DNA of 64,000 nucleotides, from the NCBI GenBank assembly GCA_034422795.1, contig DAOUJK010000022.1, forward strand, positions 70,556 to 134,555. The letters run 5' to 3'. The number at the start of each line of letters is the position of its first letter. Within the stretch, counting starts at the first letter, position 1. Positions 1-7,779 of this stretch are shown here, piece by piece. A model generated the notes under the pieces. The model was given only the letters and a program-made list of their open reading frames with translations, was not told where the DNA came from and ran no database searches. The position numbers and the translations under genes were made by a program. The stretch comes from Dehalococcoidia bacterium (GTDB lineage: Bacteria > Chloroflexota > Dehalococcoidia > Lucifugimonadales > Australimonadaceae).

Positions 1-276
1 GGCGGGCGATGTGCCGGGGATGATCGCGTTGAGGTCGAGCAACCCGAACGCGTTCGCAGTGAACGACGGCGTGAGGAGGCGCATCTCTTGCGGCCACATC
101 TGGAACGAGGCTCCGACGTCGTGGCGATCGAGGATCGTGATGTCATTGACGCCGAACTCCTTGAGGGCAGCCGCGCATCCAAGTCCGGCCGGCCCCGCTC
201 CCACGATCGCGACTTGGCGGAGGCGCGACCGTTTCGGGGCCTGGTCCCGCTGCCGTAGTGTGCCCTTTTTGTTCAT
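1..276 (-). CDS. FAD/NAD(P)-binding oxidoreductase, N-terminal fragment (gene continues past window edge)
   Basis: My own minus-strand translation from ATG at 276 gives MNKKGTLRQRDQAPKRSRLRQVAIVGAGPAGLGCAAALKEFG... It has a Rossmann GxGxxG motif (GAGPAG) and a GGAGGAAGGGG RBS at about 280-290. It is absent from the ORF track because the window truncates it. Confidence 0.7.
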   Translation of the reverse strand, partial: MNKKGTLRQRDQAPKRSRLRQVAIVGAGPAGLGCAAALKEFGVNDITILDRHDVGASFQMWPQEMRLLTPSFTANAFGLLDLNAIIPGTSPA

Positions 277-571
277 GCGCCCCTTCCTCCGAACTCTCGT
301 TTACCGGGCCCTAGTTTCGCAGTATTGATACCTTATGTCAATATTCGCACTCTGGTCGGCCGGCCCGTAGTCAGACTCCAGTCTTGTCCGTGGAGGATCT
401 TGAAGCCGCGCGCGATAAGCGCCCTCATTCGTGCAGGAAGCTCGCGTCTGTACTGGTCCCACAGGCACGCTGACCCACCTGCAACGGCTTCATGAAGTCA
501 GCCGCAGTCGTGGCAGTCACGACACACGTATCGGCGCTTTCCCCCAGGCACAAGGTAGTGGGCGCAGGCAA

Positions 572-639
572 GAAGGTTCGCAGTACAGTACGCCGCGGCC
601 GGCAGTGGTGGGCCAACCGGTACTGTACTGCGAACCTTC
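572..639. repeat. perfect 20-bp inverted repeat (GAAGGTTCGCAGTACAGTAC / GTACTGTACTGCGAACCTTC) with 28-nt spacer
   Basis: Read directly: 572-591 is the exact reverse complement of 620-639. It lies in a ~350-nt stretch (330-688) that contains only short, mutually overlapping ORFs. Confidence 0.9.
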
Positions 640-688
640 GAATGGGTGGTGGCCCTGTGACCATTTGCATGGCCCCAGGTAGGCAGGG

Positions 689-1354
689 CTACGCCACCGT
701 ATTCTGTAGGAGTTGGTGAAGGCTGGCCTGCGTTGCTTGTCGCACAGCGACCGCCCGTTCATGTGACAAGCCACCTTGGCCAAGGTCGTCCAGCACACAA
801 GCGAGCTCGGGGTTGAACTCTCGAACTTGTTCCGCCATCTCCGGGCGAGAGAGGGGCATCACTCCTCGTTTCAAAAGCAAGGCGCGTGCAAGATGGCTGG
901 CGGCGTACAGGCACTGCTCCTCGAAGGCGTCAGCATCCCCCTCATCCAGCAGTTCGCTTGCCCACTTCAGCGATTTCTCAGCCCGCGCCACCTTTGGAGC
1001 CCAATCCAATGCGTGAGGATGGGTTCGCTCACTTGCTGCAGCTTGAGCCCACCACCCGTCCGGATCATGCAACACCTTTCCGTACAGTAGTGCCCAAGCG
1101 GGATAATCGTCGCCTTCGCGAAGTCGCTGGAGGAAATGAAGCCTGCTCTCCTGCTGGAGGTGGACCTCAATCGGAGGCCGAATGTCGAGCCGTTCATCTC
1201 CTGAGAATACGACGAGCAGATCGACATCGCTCCGCCAAGTCTCAACTCCTCGTGCCGCCGACCCAATCAGGACGACGGCAGCACATTCCATAAGCCCCGC
1301 GTCGCCGAGTTGGTCGAGCACCCAGTCGCCATATTCTTGCCGGCGTGGTTTCAT
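689..1354 (-). CDS. Pol-beta-superfamily nucleotidyltransferase (MNT-like) with C-terminal helical HEPN/KNT-like extension
   Basis: The NTase motif is GSAARGVETWRSDVDLLVV (G-S...D-x-D). The C-terminal half is helical (KSLKWASELLDEGDADAFEEQCLYAASHLARALLLKRG). There is a 4-nt ATGA overlap with the upstream HEPN gene. Confidence 0.7.
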   Translation of the reverse strand: MKPRRQEYGDWVLDQLGDAGLMECAAVVLIGSAARGVETWRSDVDLLVVFSGDERLDIRPPIEVHLQQESRLHFLQRLREGDDYPAWALLYGKVLHDPDGWWAQAAASERTHPHALDWAPKVARAEKSLKWASELLDEGDADAFEEQCLYAASHLARALLLKRGVMPLSRPEMAEQVREFNPELACVLDDLGQGGLSHERAVAVRQATQASLHQLLQNTVA

Positions 1355-1749
1355 CCGTCACCTGCCTGAGCAAGCAGCCTTGCTACCTCCTCGATGAAAG
1401 CCTCCAAATCAGCGGAAAGGCCCTCCAAGTCAAGTTCGAGTAGGTCCAGACCGGGGTCTCCGTACTGAACATCCTTCCTCAACTCGTTCAGGCGTTGCAG
1501 TTCATCCCCGATGTCCCTGCTCACCTTGCCATCCTCATATAGCTGGCGAGCGATGGCAATCTTGCTAGGGTGCGTTCTCTTCCAGGGAATGCCCTGTGCT
1601 TCTGCCGCGGCCACCACGCAACTCTCGTAAGCGTAGAACGCCCAGGTGACCGCTACTGCGTGATCTTCCGGCTCCCACGCAGCAACACTAACCCGGTCCC
1701 AATGTCTACGTGCTCTGGTCAGAGCGTCCTGCGCTTCTTGGCGTCCCAT
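1351..1749 (-). CDS. HEPN domain protein
   Basis: The layout is HEPN-like (PF05168): ...AFYAYESCVVAAAEAQGIPWKRTHPSK...LQRLNELRKDVQYGD. I placed the start at internal Met39 (MGRQEAQD...); the start is uncertain because no clear RBS is present, and the ORF could extend to 1863. Confidence 0.6.
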   Translation of the reverse strand: MGRQEAQDALTRARRHWDRVSVAAWEPEDHAVAVTWAFYAYESCVVAAAEAQGIPWKRTHPSKIAIARQLYEDGKVSRDIGDELQRLNELRKDVQYGDPGLDLLELDLEGLSADLEAFIEEVARLLAQAGDG

Positions 1750-1932
1750 AAGGCACAGGTTACCATGCAGCCCCTTGAGCTGTGGACAAGGAGAGCCCGG
1801 CCCACTGTCGAGGTGCGGTGTAGCGCTGTCCGGGTTGGTTATGGCACGGGGATGCGCTGCCAAGCGCCAGTCGCGGAGGGAACGGGGGGAGGGGATAGAG
1901 AAAGGGAGGAATGATGCTGTCGGGAACGCGAC

Positions 1933-2778
1933 GTGCCGATACCTGAGTCCAGGTTATCCCGGTGGAGCCATCATCAGGCTGCGACTGCCTTTACGCAGGC
2001 GCACCTCCCTATCCGGGCAGTCCTGCACGCCTACAGATGGCCCTCGGACATCAAGTACGAAGTCTTCCTCCAAGGGTCCTACAAGAACGACACGAACCTC
2101 GGCGGCGACAGTGATGTCGACGTGGTGGTGCGGTTGAACCAGCGGCTCAGGCCACGGGTCGCCGAGCTCTTCGGTCAGCGGTTGCAGGACAGCGCCTCCC
2201 ATCAGGGGGCATACCGACGATGGAAGTCTTTCAGGGACCATGCGCTCAAGGCGATGAGAGCCGGGTTTGGGAATGCCGCCGAGAGTGGCCGCAAGACCGT
2301 GAAGGTGCCGAAGGGGAAACTTCCGGCGGATGCCGATCTCGTAGTCACGCTGCGCTACAAAGAGGGCATAGCGTTTTACCTACAAGACGAGGAACGCTGG
2401 ATCGTCAGCTTTCCGCAGCAGCACTACAATCAGGGTCAGAAGAAGGAAGAGGCTACAGACCACCGATTCAAGAGGGCCATCCGCATGTTCAAGGCTGCCC
2501 GGAACCGGCTGGTCGAGAAGAAGGTGCTCGCTAAGAGCGCTGCCCCCTCCTACTTTATCGAGTGCCTGCTCTACAATGTTCCCGACAGCCTATTCGCACC
2601 GAAGCTGGCCCCGACGTACACGAGTGTCCTCGACTGGTTGAGGAGGGCGCACCTCAGGGAATTCAAATGCCAGAACGGAAGAGTGGACCTGTTCGGGCCG
2701 GGGCGGGAGCAGTGGACCCAGAAGAGGGCGCGGGCGTTCGTAGGGGCACTACAGGTCCTGTGGGAGGCGGGGGGCTGA
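1933..2778 (+). CDS. SMODS / CD-NTase-like nucleotidyltransferase
   Basis: GTG start. Motifs seen: GSYKNDTNLGGDSDVDVVV (GS...D-x-D), a third acidic motif LPADADLVV, and a C-terminal helical region with SYFIECLLYNVPDSLF. That last motif is typical of stand-alone SMODS-type NTases as I recall them. The family call comes from motif memory, not from a search. Confidence 0.6.
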   Translation: MPIPESRLSRWSHHQAATAFTQAHLPIRAVLHAYRWPSDIKYEVFLQGSYKNDTNLGGDSDVDVVVRLNQRLRPRVAELFGQRLQDSASHQGAYRRWKSFRDHALKAMRAGFGNAAESGRKTVKVPKGKLPADADLVVTLRYKEGIAFYLQDEERWIVSFPQQHYNQGQKKEEATDHRFKRAIRMFKAARNRLVEKKVLAKSAAPSYFIECLLYNVPDSLFAPKLAPTYTSVLDWLRRAHLREFKCQNGRVDLFGPGREQWTQKRARAFVGALQVLWEAGG

Positions 2779-2791
2779 GGATTCCATCGCC

Positions 2792-2820
2792 TTGACAGAT
2801 GACCCCTTAATCACCACAAT
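2792..2820 (+). promoter_or_regulatory. candidate sigma70-type promoter of the RHH-MTase operon
   Basis: TTGACA (2792-2797), a 17-nt spacer, then CACAAT (2815-2820), about 30 nt upstream of the RHH start. Confidence 0.4.
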
Positions 2821-2849
2821 GATGCAGAATTCATCACCTGCGTGAAGCA

Positions 2850-3044
2850 ATGGATGGGAAGACCATCAACAAGGACATCTCTCGCCTGACCGTTACCCTG
2901 GGCGAAGGCCAAAGAGCCGCCTTGGAGTCGATAGCGAGCCAGAATGGCACAACGATTGCTTTCGTGGTTCGCTACGCGCTTCGTAGGTTCATCGAAGAAC
3001 ACGGAGAAAATCCGTTGACGCTAAGGTTCCCAAGTGAACAATAG
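2850..3044 (+). CDS. ribbon-helix-helix (CopG-family) DNA-binding protein, possible controller protein
   Basis: 64 aa. ISRLTVTLGEGQRAALESIASQNGTTIAFVVRYALRRFIEEH fits a beta-strand plus two helices (RHH pattern). It overlaps the MTase start by 11 nt. Confidence 0.7.
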   Translation: MDGKTINKDISRLTVTLGEGQRAALESIASQNGTTIAFVVRYALRRFIEEHGENPLTLRFPSEQ

Positions 3045-4089
3045 AAACAGGAGAGGCCAAACCCCAGGCCACGGAAGGAAAGAGACATCGCCGGACCTTA
3101 GTCAGGAGCTAACGCCGGCATTTCAAACTGACCTAGGTCGCATGTACCAGGGGGATCTGGGACAGGTCCTTCGGCAGCGTCCTCTGACCGCATATAGGGG
3201 CCAAGTCCAGCTGATACTGACATCGCCTCCGTTCCCGCTCAATAAGAAGAAGAAGTACGGCAACCTGACCGGCGATGCTTACTTGAAATGGCTGACGGGG
3301 TTAGCCCCGCTATTGCGGGCATATCTGAAGCCAGAGGGATCCATAGTCTTGGAGCTCGGCAATGCTTGGAATCCTGGTAGTCCCACCATGTCAACCTTGC
3401 CCCTCAGGGCGCTACTGGGATTCCTGGAAGCCGGCGAACTGAATCTTTGCCAGGAATTCATCTGCTTCAATCCTGCTCGGCTTCCGACGCCGGCGCAATG
3501 GGTCAACATAGAGCGTACCCGCGTCAAGGACTCTTTCACGAGGGTTTGGTGGATGTCTCCAGGGGAACGCCCCAAAGCAGATAACAAGAAAGTTCTGACT
3601 AAGTACAGCAAGAGCATGCAGGACCTGCTGCGTAAAGGGACTTACAACTCTGGGCATCGCCCGTCTGGACACAACATAGGGTCAAAGTCATTCCTTTCAG
3701 ACAACGGTGGCGCAATCCCTCCCAATGTACTAGTCCCTGTAGCAGAGAACGAACCTCTCCCATTATTCGAAGTCCTGCCAATTGCAAACACCCGGGCTAC
3801 AGACGAGTATCAGGAGTACTGTAGCAGCAATGGATTACCAGTTCATCCTGCTAGGATGCAGGAAAAGTTGGCAGAGTTTTTCGTCGAGTTCTTGACAGAC
3901 GAGGGTGACATAGTCCTAGACCCCTTCGCTGGCAGCAACACGACAGGGGCGATTGCTCAGAGGCTCCGGCGCCGATGGGTGTCTGTCGAGCTCAACTCAG
4001 AATACGTTGGAGGAGCTGAGGCCCGGGTGCGACCAGATCTGATCGATGGCACTATGCCTGATCGTCCGTCTGAGCTCTCAATCCACTAA
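3034..4089 (+). CDS. beta-class N4-cytosine/N6-adenine DNA methyltransferase (SPPF type, probably m4C)
   Basis: Catalytic motif IV is LILTSPPFPL near the N-terminus. The AdoMet motif I is VLDPFAGSNTTG near the C-terminus. This IV-before-I order defines the beta class (N6_N4_Mtase family). Confidence 0.85.
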   Translation: MNNRNRRGQTPGHGRKETSPDLSQELTPAFQTDLGRMYQGDLGQVLRQRPLTAYRGQVQLILTSPPFPLNKKKKYGNLTGDAYLKWLTGLAPLLRAYLKPEGSIVLELGNAWNPGSPTMSTLPLRALLGFLEAGELNLCQEFICFNPARLPTPAQWVNIERTRVKDSFTRVWWMSPGERPKADNKKVLTKYSKSMQDLLRKGTYNSGHRPSGHNIGSKSFLSDNGGAIPPNVLVPVAENEPLPLFEVLPIANTRATDEYQEYCSSNGLPVHPARMQEKLAEFFVEFLTDEGDIVLDPFAGSNTTGAIAQRLRRRWVSVELNSEYVGGAEARVRPDLIDGTMPDRPSELSIH

Positions 4090-4120
4090 GTTCGACTTCG
4101 AACCAGAACCGAGGAATGGC

Positions 4121-4942
4121 ATGGCGACTGTCCCAGTTCGAGGGTTGTTGATGGAAGGAGAGTGGACTCCTCCCATTGATGTCCTCCTGGAGCACAGCGC
4201 TTCGCTACCCAGGATCATTGTGGATGCGAAGGACCATTTGTTTCCTGGCAGCTACTTGTGCAGGTTCGATCTACCTCTTGCAAGAGCGAACGACCTTGAA
4301 GAAGCCATTAGGGCTGACCTCGCGCTAGTGGCGAAGAGTTTTGACGCGTGGTATCTGTTGTTTGTGATGCCTGCGCGAACCGTAGACGTGGACTCGCTTG
4401 TTTCCAAATTGGAATCCGCAAGGTTGGTTGATCTTGGCGATAGAGCAGCTCGCCATCTTGCGAAGGGAATTGATGAGTTGGACGAGGGGGAAGCCCGACT
4501 TCTCGTCCGCGAAGTCCCGGGATTGGTCGTAGTTACCGACAATCCTGATCATGAGTGGCACGAGACCTTCACCGCTGCTCATCTAGAGGTGGAAGTCATC
4601 GTCGTCGAACCTTTTCCCATTCAGGACGATGGTTATGCGATTCGACTAGGCGGTCAAACTACTGCAGAAGATGACGTATGCATTATCGCCACTTGTGAGG
4701 AACATCCGACCTTCTCAACATGCTTGTTAGTAAACTGGGTCGATTCCATCGCAAGAGTGCCACCAGGTGACATCTCTCTCTCCTACAGAGGCATAGTGAC
4801 CCATTGGGAATTACGTCCAGGCGATCCTGTCTGGCAATTGCACGCCGTTGGTACCTTCCCTCTACTGGAGTCGCCGCCATACGAAATCGTTGAAGGCACG
4901 GACGGCACTTTTTCAATCAGGAAGCAAGAGAACAAGGCTTGA
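4121..4942 (+). CDS. hypothetical protein (candidate cognate nuclease or specificity partner; no recognisable domain)
   Basis: 273 aa. GAGGAA RBS at 4111-4116, and co-directional 31 nt after the MTase stop. I recognise no motif with confidence. Confidence 0.6.
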   Translation: MATVPVRGLLMEGEWTPPIDVLLEHSASLPRIIVDAKDHLFPGSYLCRFDLPLARANDLEEAIRADLALVAKSFDAWYLLFVMPARTVDVDSLVSKLESARLVDLGDRAARHLAKGIDELDEGEARLLVREVPGLVVVTDNPDHEWHETFTAAHLEVEVIVVEPFPIQDDGYAIRLGGQTTAEDDVCIIATCEEHPTFSTCLLVNWVDSIARVPPGDISLSYRGIVTHWELRPGDPVWQLHAVGTFPLLESPPYEIVEGTDGTFSIRKQENKA

Positions 4943-4958
4943 GGGAGGTGCTGCAGTC

Positions 4959-6455
4959 ATGGAACTGGAAATCGGGACCGAAATCATAAGGTCGTACAAG
5001 CGCCTTTCGTATTCAGCCTGGCATGCCTTGGCGGAATTTGTGGACAACTCTGTCCAGTCCTTCTTGAACAATAGATCGATTCTAGAGGACTCTTACGGAG
5101 AATCTGGAACAGGTTTAACGGTAGATATCCGCTACGAACGCGCCAATGGAGGACGGTTGACGATCAGAGACAATGCGATGGGGATGTCGGAGGTTGAGCT
5201 GTCGAATGCCCTGTACATTGGGAAGAGGCCCGAGATTGACTCGGGACTTTCTGAGTTTGGGATGGGACTCAAGACCGCCGCCTGCTGGTTCGGCGACCAA
5301 TGGGCCGTACGGACCAAGAAGCTAGGAGACACAACTGCTCATACTGTGTACTTCGACGTAGAGCAAGTCGCGAACGGCGACCTAGAACTGCGTCATGAAA
5401 CTTCGTCAGAGCGGCCGGAAGAACACTATACTGAGATAACAATAACTCAACTCAACCAGCGTTATTATGGGAGATCTATCCAACGAATAAAACTGTTCTT
5501 GGGTTCGATGTATCGGACTTACACCGGGAACGGGTTGTTGCGGCTCTTGTACAACGGTGAATCGCTGTCTTGGGTGTCTCCAATCGAAGGAAACAATGTT
5601 CATACTTCGAATGGGAAGCGGTCCTTTGAACACTTTTCTTTTCAGTTGGGCACAAGAGAAGTACGTGGGTGGATAGCTGTCATGGAGCGCGGAAGTCGTG
5701 CGAATGCGGGACTTACCATCATTCGTCGCGGCCGGGTACTTGTCGGCTGGCCCGACTCTTGGAGGCCGCAGTCAATCTTCGGCCAGTTTGAAGGCTCCAA
5801 CGATCTTGTCAACCAGAGGCTTGTCGGCGAGATAAACCTGGATGGTTTCAGTGTGAGTCACACTAAAGATGAGATCCTATTCGAAGATGACGACGAAGAA
5901 ACGCTGGAGCGAGAGCTCTTCCGGATAGCTGAGCCGTATATTGCGATCGCCCAGTCGTATCGAAAACGAGGAGTCCGTAGAGACCCTCCAGGAAGATCTG
6001 TGGTTACCTCAGCGATAGGAATGTTGGAGGATGAACTGCACTCCCAACGACTGCAGTCAGTGTTGGCGGCGAATGGAGACATACCGAGAGCGAGATATGA
6101 GACCTTCGCCTATCCCATGATACGGGCGGTAACAGGAACAGAGCCTCGAGGGACCTACACACTGGAAGGACTGCTCCTGAACATTTTTGTTTCCGATGAG
6201 TTATCAGACAGAGACCCGTATCTGGGGATCGCAATCGAATCTGACGATACCTTGAATGTCGTGATCAACATGAGCCATCCCCATGTTGGAGACTTGCGTG
6301 ACCGCATGGCAGTGCTCAACTATCTGAAGGAGTGCACCTTTGAAGGGATTGCTCAATGGAAAGTCGAAAAGACGTGGCACGCTGATGATCCATCGTTGAT
6401 TAGGGCAATCAAGGACTCCTTGCTGAGAATAGGCCGTTCTCTGAACGACTCATAG
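4959..6455 (+). CDS. GHKL (Bergerat-fold) ATPase, HATPase_c_3 / prokaryotic MORC-like
   Basis: N-box ALAEFVDNSVQSF, G1 box TIRDNAMGMS, G2 box LSEFGMGLKTAACWFG. The C-terminal region (GLTIIRRGRVLVGWP...LVGEINLDGFSVSHTKDEI) looks S5-like. GAGGGAGG RBS at 4941-4948. Confidence 0.8.
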   Translation: MELEIGTEIIRSYKRLSYSAWHALAEFVDNSVQSFLNNRSILEDSYGESGTGLTVDIRYERANGGRLTIRDNAMGMSEVELSNALYIGKRPEIDSGLSEFGMGLKTAACWFGDQWAVRTKKLGDTTAHTVYFDVEQVANGDLELRHETSSERPEEHYTEITITQLNQRYYGRSIQRIKLFLGSMYRTYTGNGLLRLLYNGESLSWVSPIEGNNVHTSNGKRSFEHFSFQLGTREVRGWIAVMERGSRANAGLTIIRRGRVLVGWPDSWRPQSIFGQFEGSNDLVNQRLVGEINLDGFSVSHTKDEILFEDDDEETLERELFRIAEPYIAIAQSYRKRGVRRDPPGRSVVTSAIGMLEDELHSQRLQSVLAANGDIPRARYETFAYPMIRAVTGTEPRGTYTLEGLLLNIFVSDELSDRDPYLGIAIESDDTLNVVINMSHPHVGDLRDRMAVLNYLKECTFEGIAQWKVEKTWHADDPSLIRAIKDSLLRIGRSLNDS

Positions 6456-6461
6456 GATGAG

Positions 6462-7700
6462 ATGATCACTAGGATTATCATAGGGCTTAGGAAATCGTTT
6501 ACGACCGCGTTTCCCAATCCAATTTGGCTTGCCGTGAGCCTCTTGGTTGCAGCGCTACTCGGCGTACTACTGGAGCTGTTTGGATTCCAAGTCATTCCCA
6601 GAGATCGAGACCCGTTCTATTTCTTGTTGGCCACTCTGGCGGCTACTTTGGGTACAGTTCTCGTTCTGGCCTTTACGTTTGCCCTTGTTGCTGCCCAAAT
6701 CGCAGCTCGATACAGCCAATTGCTGTCTGACCGAGTTCTGGGCGGCTGGGCCCTTTGGTATGCAGCACCCTTTGCGGTGGGTATTCTTATGCCTCTATTC
6801 TTACTTCACGGCCGTTTTCATCTATGGTCCGCACAGTGCAGCCTGATCCTGGGCGCATACTGCATAGTGTCACTGTTCCCTTTCGCGGCATCGGTGAGAA
6901 GGCTCCTGTCTGTTTATGAGGCCATTCAAGAGAAGGCTGGCGACCTAGAAAATGAGAAGGCACAAAATGATTGCTATAGAGTTGCTAACGAAATAGGCAA
7001 TATCTGCTTGGGTGCATTGAATCTCAGGGATTTCGAAACATTCGAACGCGGAGTGCGTCGGTTGGTGCAATCATCCCAGACAGATGGATTACATTATTTG
7101 CGACCAACAGTCGCTACAGAGATTAGAAGGATGATTCTGAGGACGGCAGATGATCTATTCGCATCCGAAATCTTGCTTCGTGCAGTGACAGAAATCGCAT
7201 TTGATCATAGATCGGAGTCGGATGCCCTTACTCAGGAACAAGTGCTCGATGAAACTTTGGGCGCATACGAATCGGTGAGTGTATCCGCGCTCCAACAGCA
7301 GAGTGACACCATTGATCTCTTACTCAGGGAGAGTGAACGGGCGATTGAACAATGCAAGACGAAGGAGGCAGCCAAACTCCAGCATCTGCTTTACATTATT
7401 GGTGGTCGCGCAATTTCGGGGCTCCCGATGGACTTGGATTGTGGAGGGCCGGTCCTTGGAGCAATTGGGAATCTGATCCAAACGGAGTATCGCTCCTCGC
7501 TGGAGCCAGCGGAGCGAGATGATCTAATCACTGCTGCTGTTATGCAGATCGAGTCTCTCGGCACAGCAGCAAGGGCAGTTAACAAGAACAATGTGACGGT
7601 TTCCGCAGTGACCGAACTCCAACGAGCGGAAAGGACCTTCGAAGACGAAACCGAAGGAGTGATACGGAGCATTAGGGCATCCTTATCTGAGTTGAGGTGA
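6462..7700 (+). CDS. membrane protein: four N-terminal TM helices plus ~260-aa helical cytoplasmic domain (DUF2254-like architecture)
   Basis: Hydrophobic segments: IWLAVSLLVAALLGVLLELFGF, FYFLLATLAATLGTVLVLAFTFALVAA, WALWYAAPFAVGILMPLFLL, CSLILGAYCIVSLFPFAA. It starts 6 nt after the GHKL ATPase stop. Confidence 0.7.
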   Translation: MITRIIIGLRKSFTTAFPNPIWLAVSLLVAALLGVLLELFGFQVIPRDRDPFYFLLATLAATLGTVLVLAFTFALVAAQIAARYSQLLSDRVLGGWALWYAAPFAVGILMPLFLLHGRFHLWSAQCSLILGAYCIVSLFPFAASVRRLLSVYEAIQEKAGDLENEKAQNDCYRVANEIGNICLGALNLRDFETFERGVRRLVQSSQTDGLHYLRPTVATEIRRMILRTADDLFASEILLRAVTEIAFDHRSESDALTQEQVLDETLGAYESVSVSALQQQSDTIDLLLRESERAIEQCKTKEAAKLQHLLYIIGGRAISGLPMDLDCGGPVLGAIGNLIQTEYRSSLEPAERDDLITAAVMQIESLGTAARAVNKNNVTVSAVTELQRAERTFEDETEGVIRSIRASLSELR

Positions 7701-7779
7701 TCCGGGGAGGTCCACCCCTTGGGTATTGACAGACCCCTAAGCCACATCTCGAAGATGGTTCTACATGTGGGGAGAGACC

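Noticed and set aside
323-343. TATTGATA..TGTCAATA partial palindrome upstream of the oxidoreductase gene, as a TetR-type operator or promoter (TTGACA on the minus strand)
   Set aside because: Only 6-7 bp arms, with mismatches. It is plausible as a -35 element or operator but too weak to annotate.
330-700. Search for a partial copy of the tRNA-Leu 3' end (GGGAGTTCGAGTCTCCCC or its complement) at the putative left island border
   Set aside because: I did not find it by eye. The left boundary therefore remains undefined, and tyrosine-integrase-style attL/attR duplication is not supported.
425-798. Four mutually overlapping 75-93-aa ORFs in the 330-690 gap
   Set aside because: None has an RBS, a motif or a convincing composition. 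I treated the region as non-coding, containing the 20-bp inverted repeat.
4145-4245. PID...IIVDAKD string as a PD-(D/E)xK nuclease motif in the unknown 273-aa protein
   Set aside because: It lies within the first ~40 residues, leaving no room for the preceding helix and strand of the fold. It is a pattern match only, kept as a hypothesis in the findings and not as an annotation.
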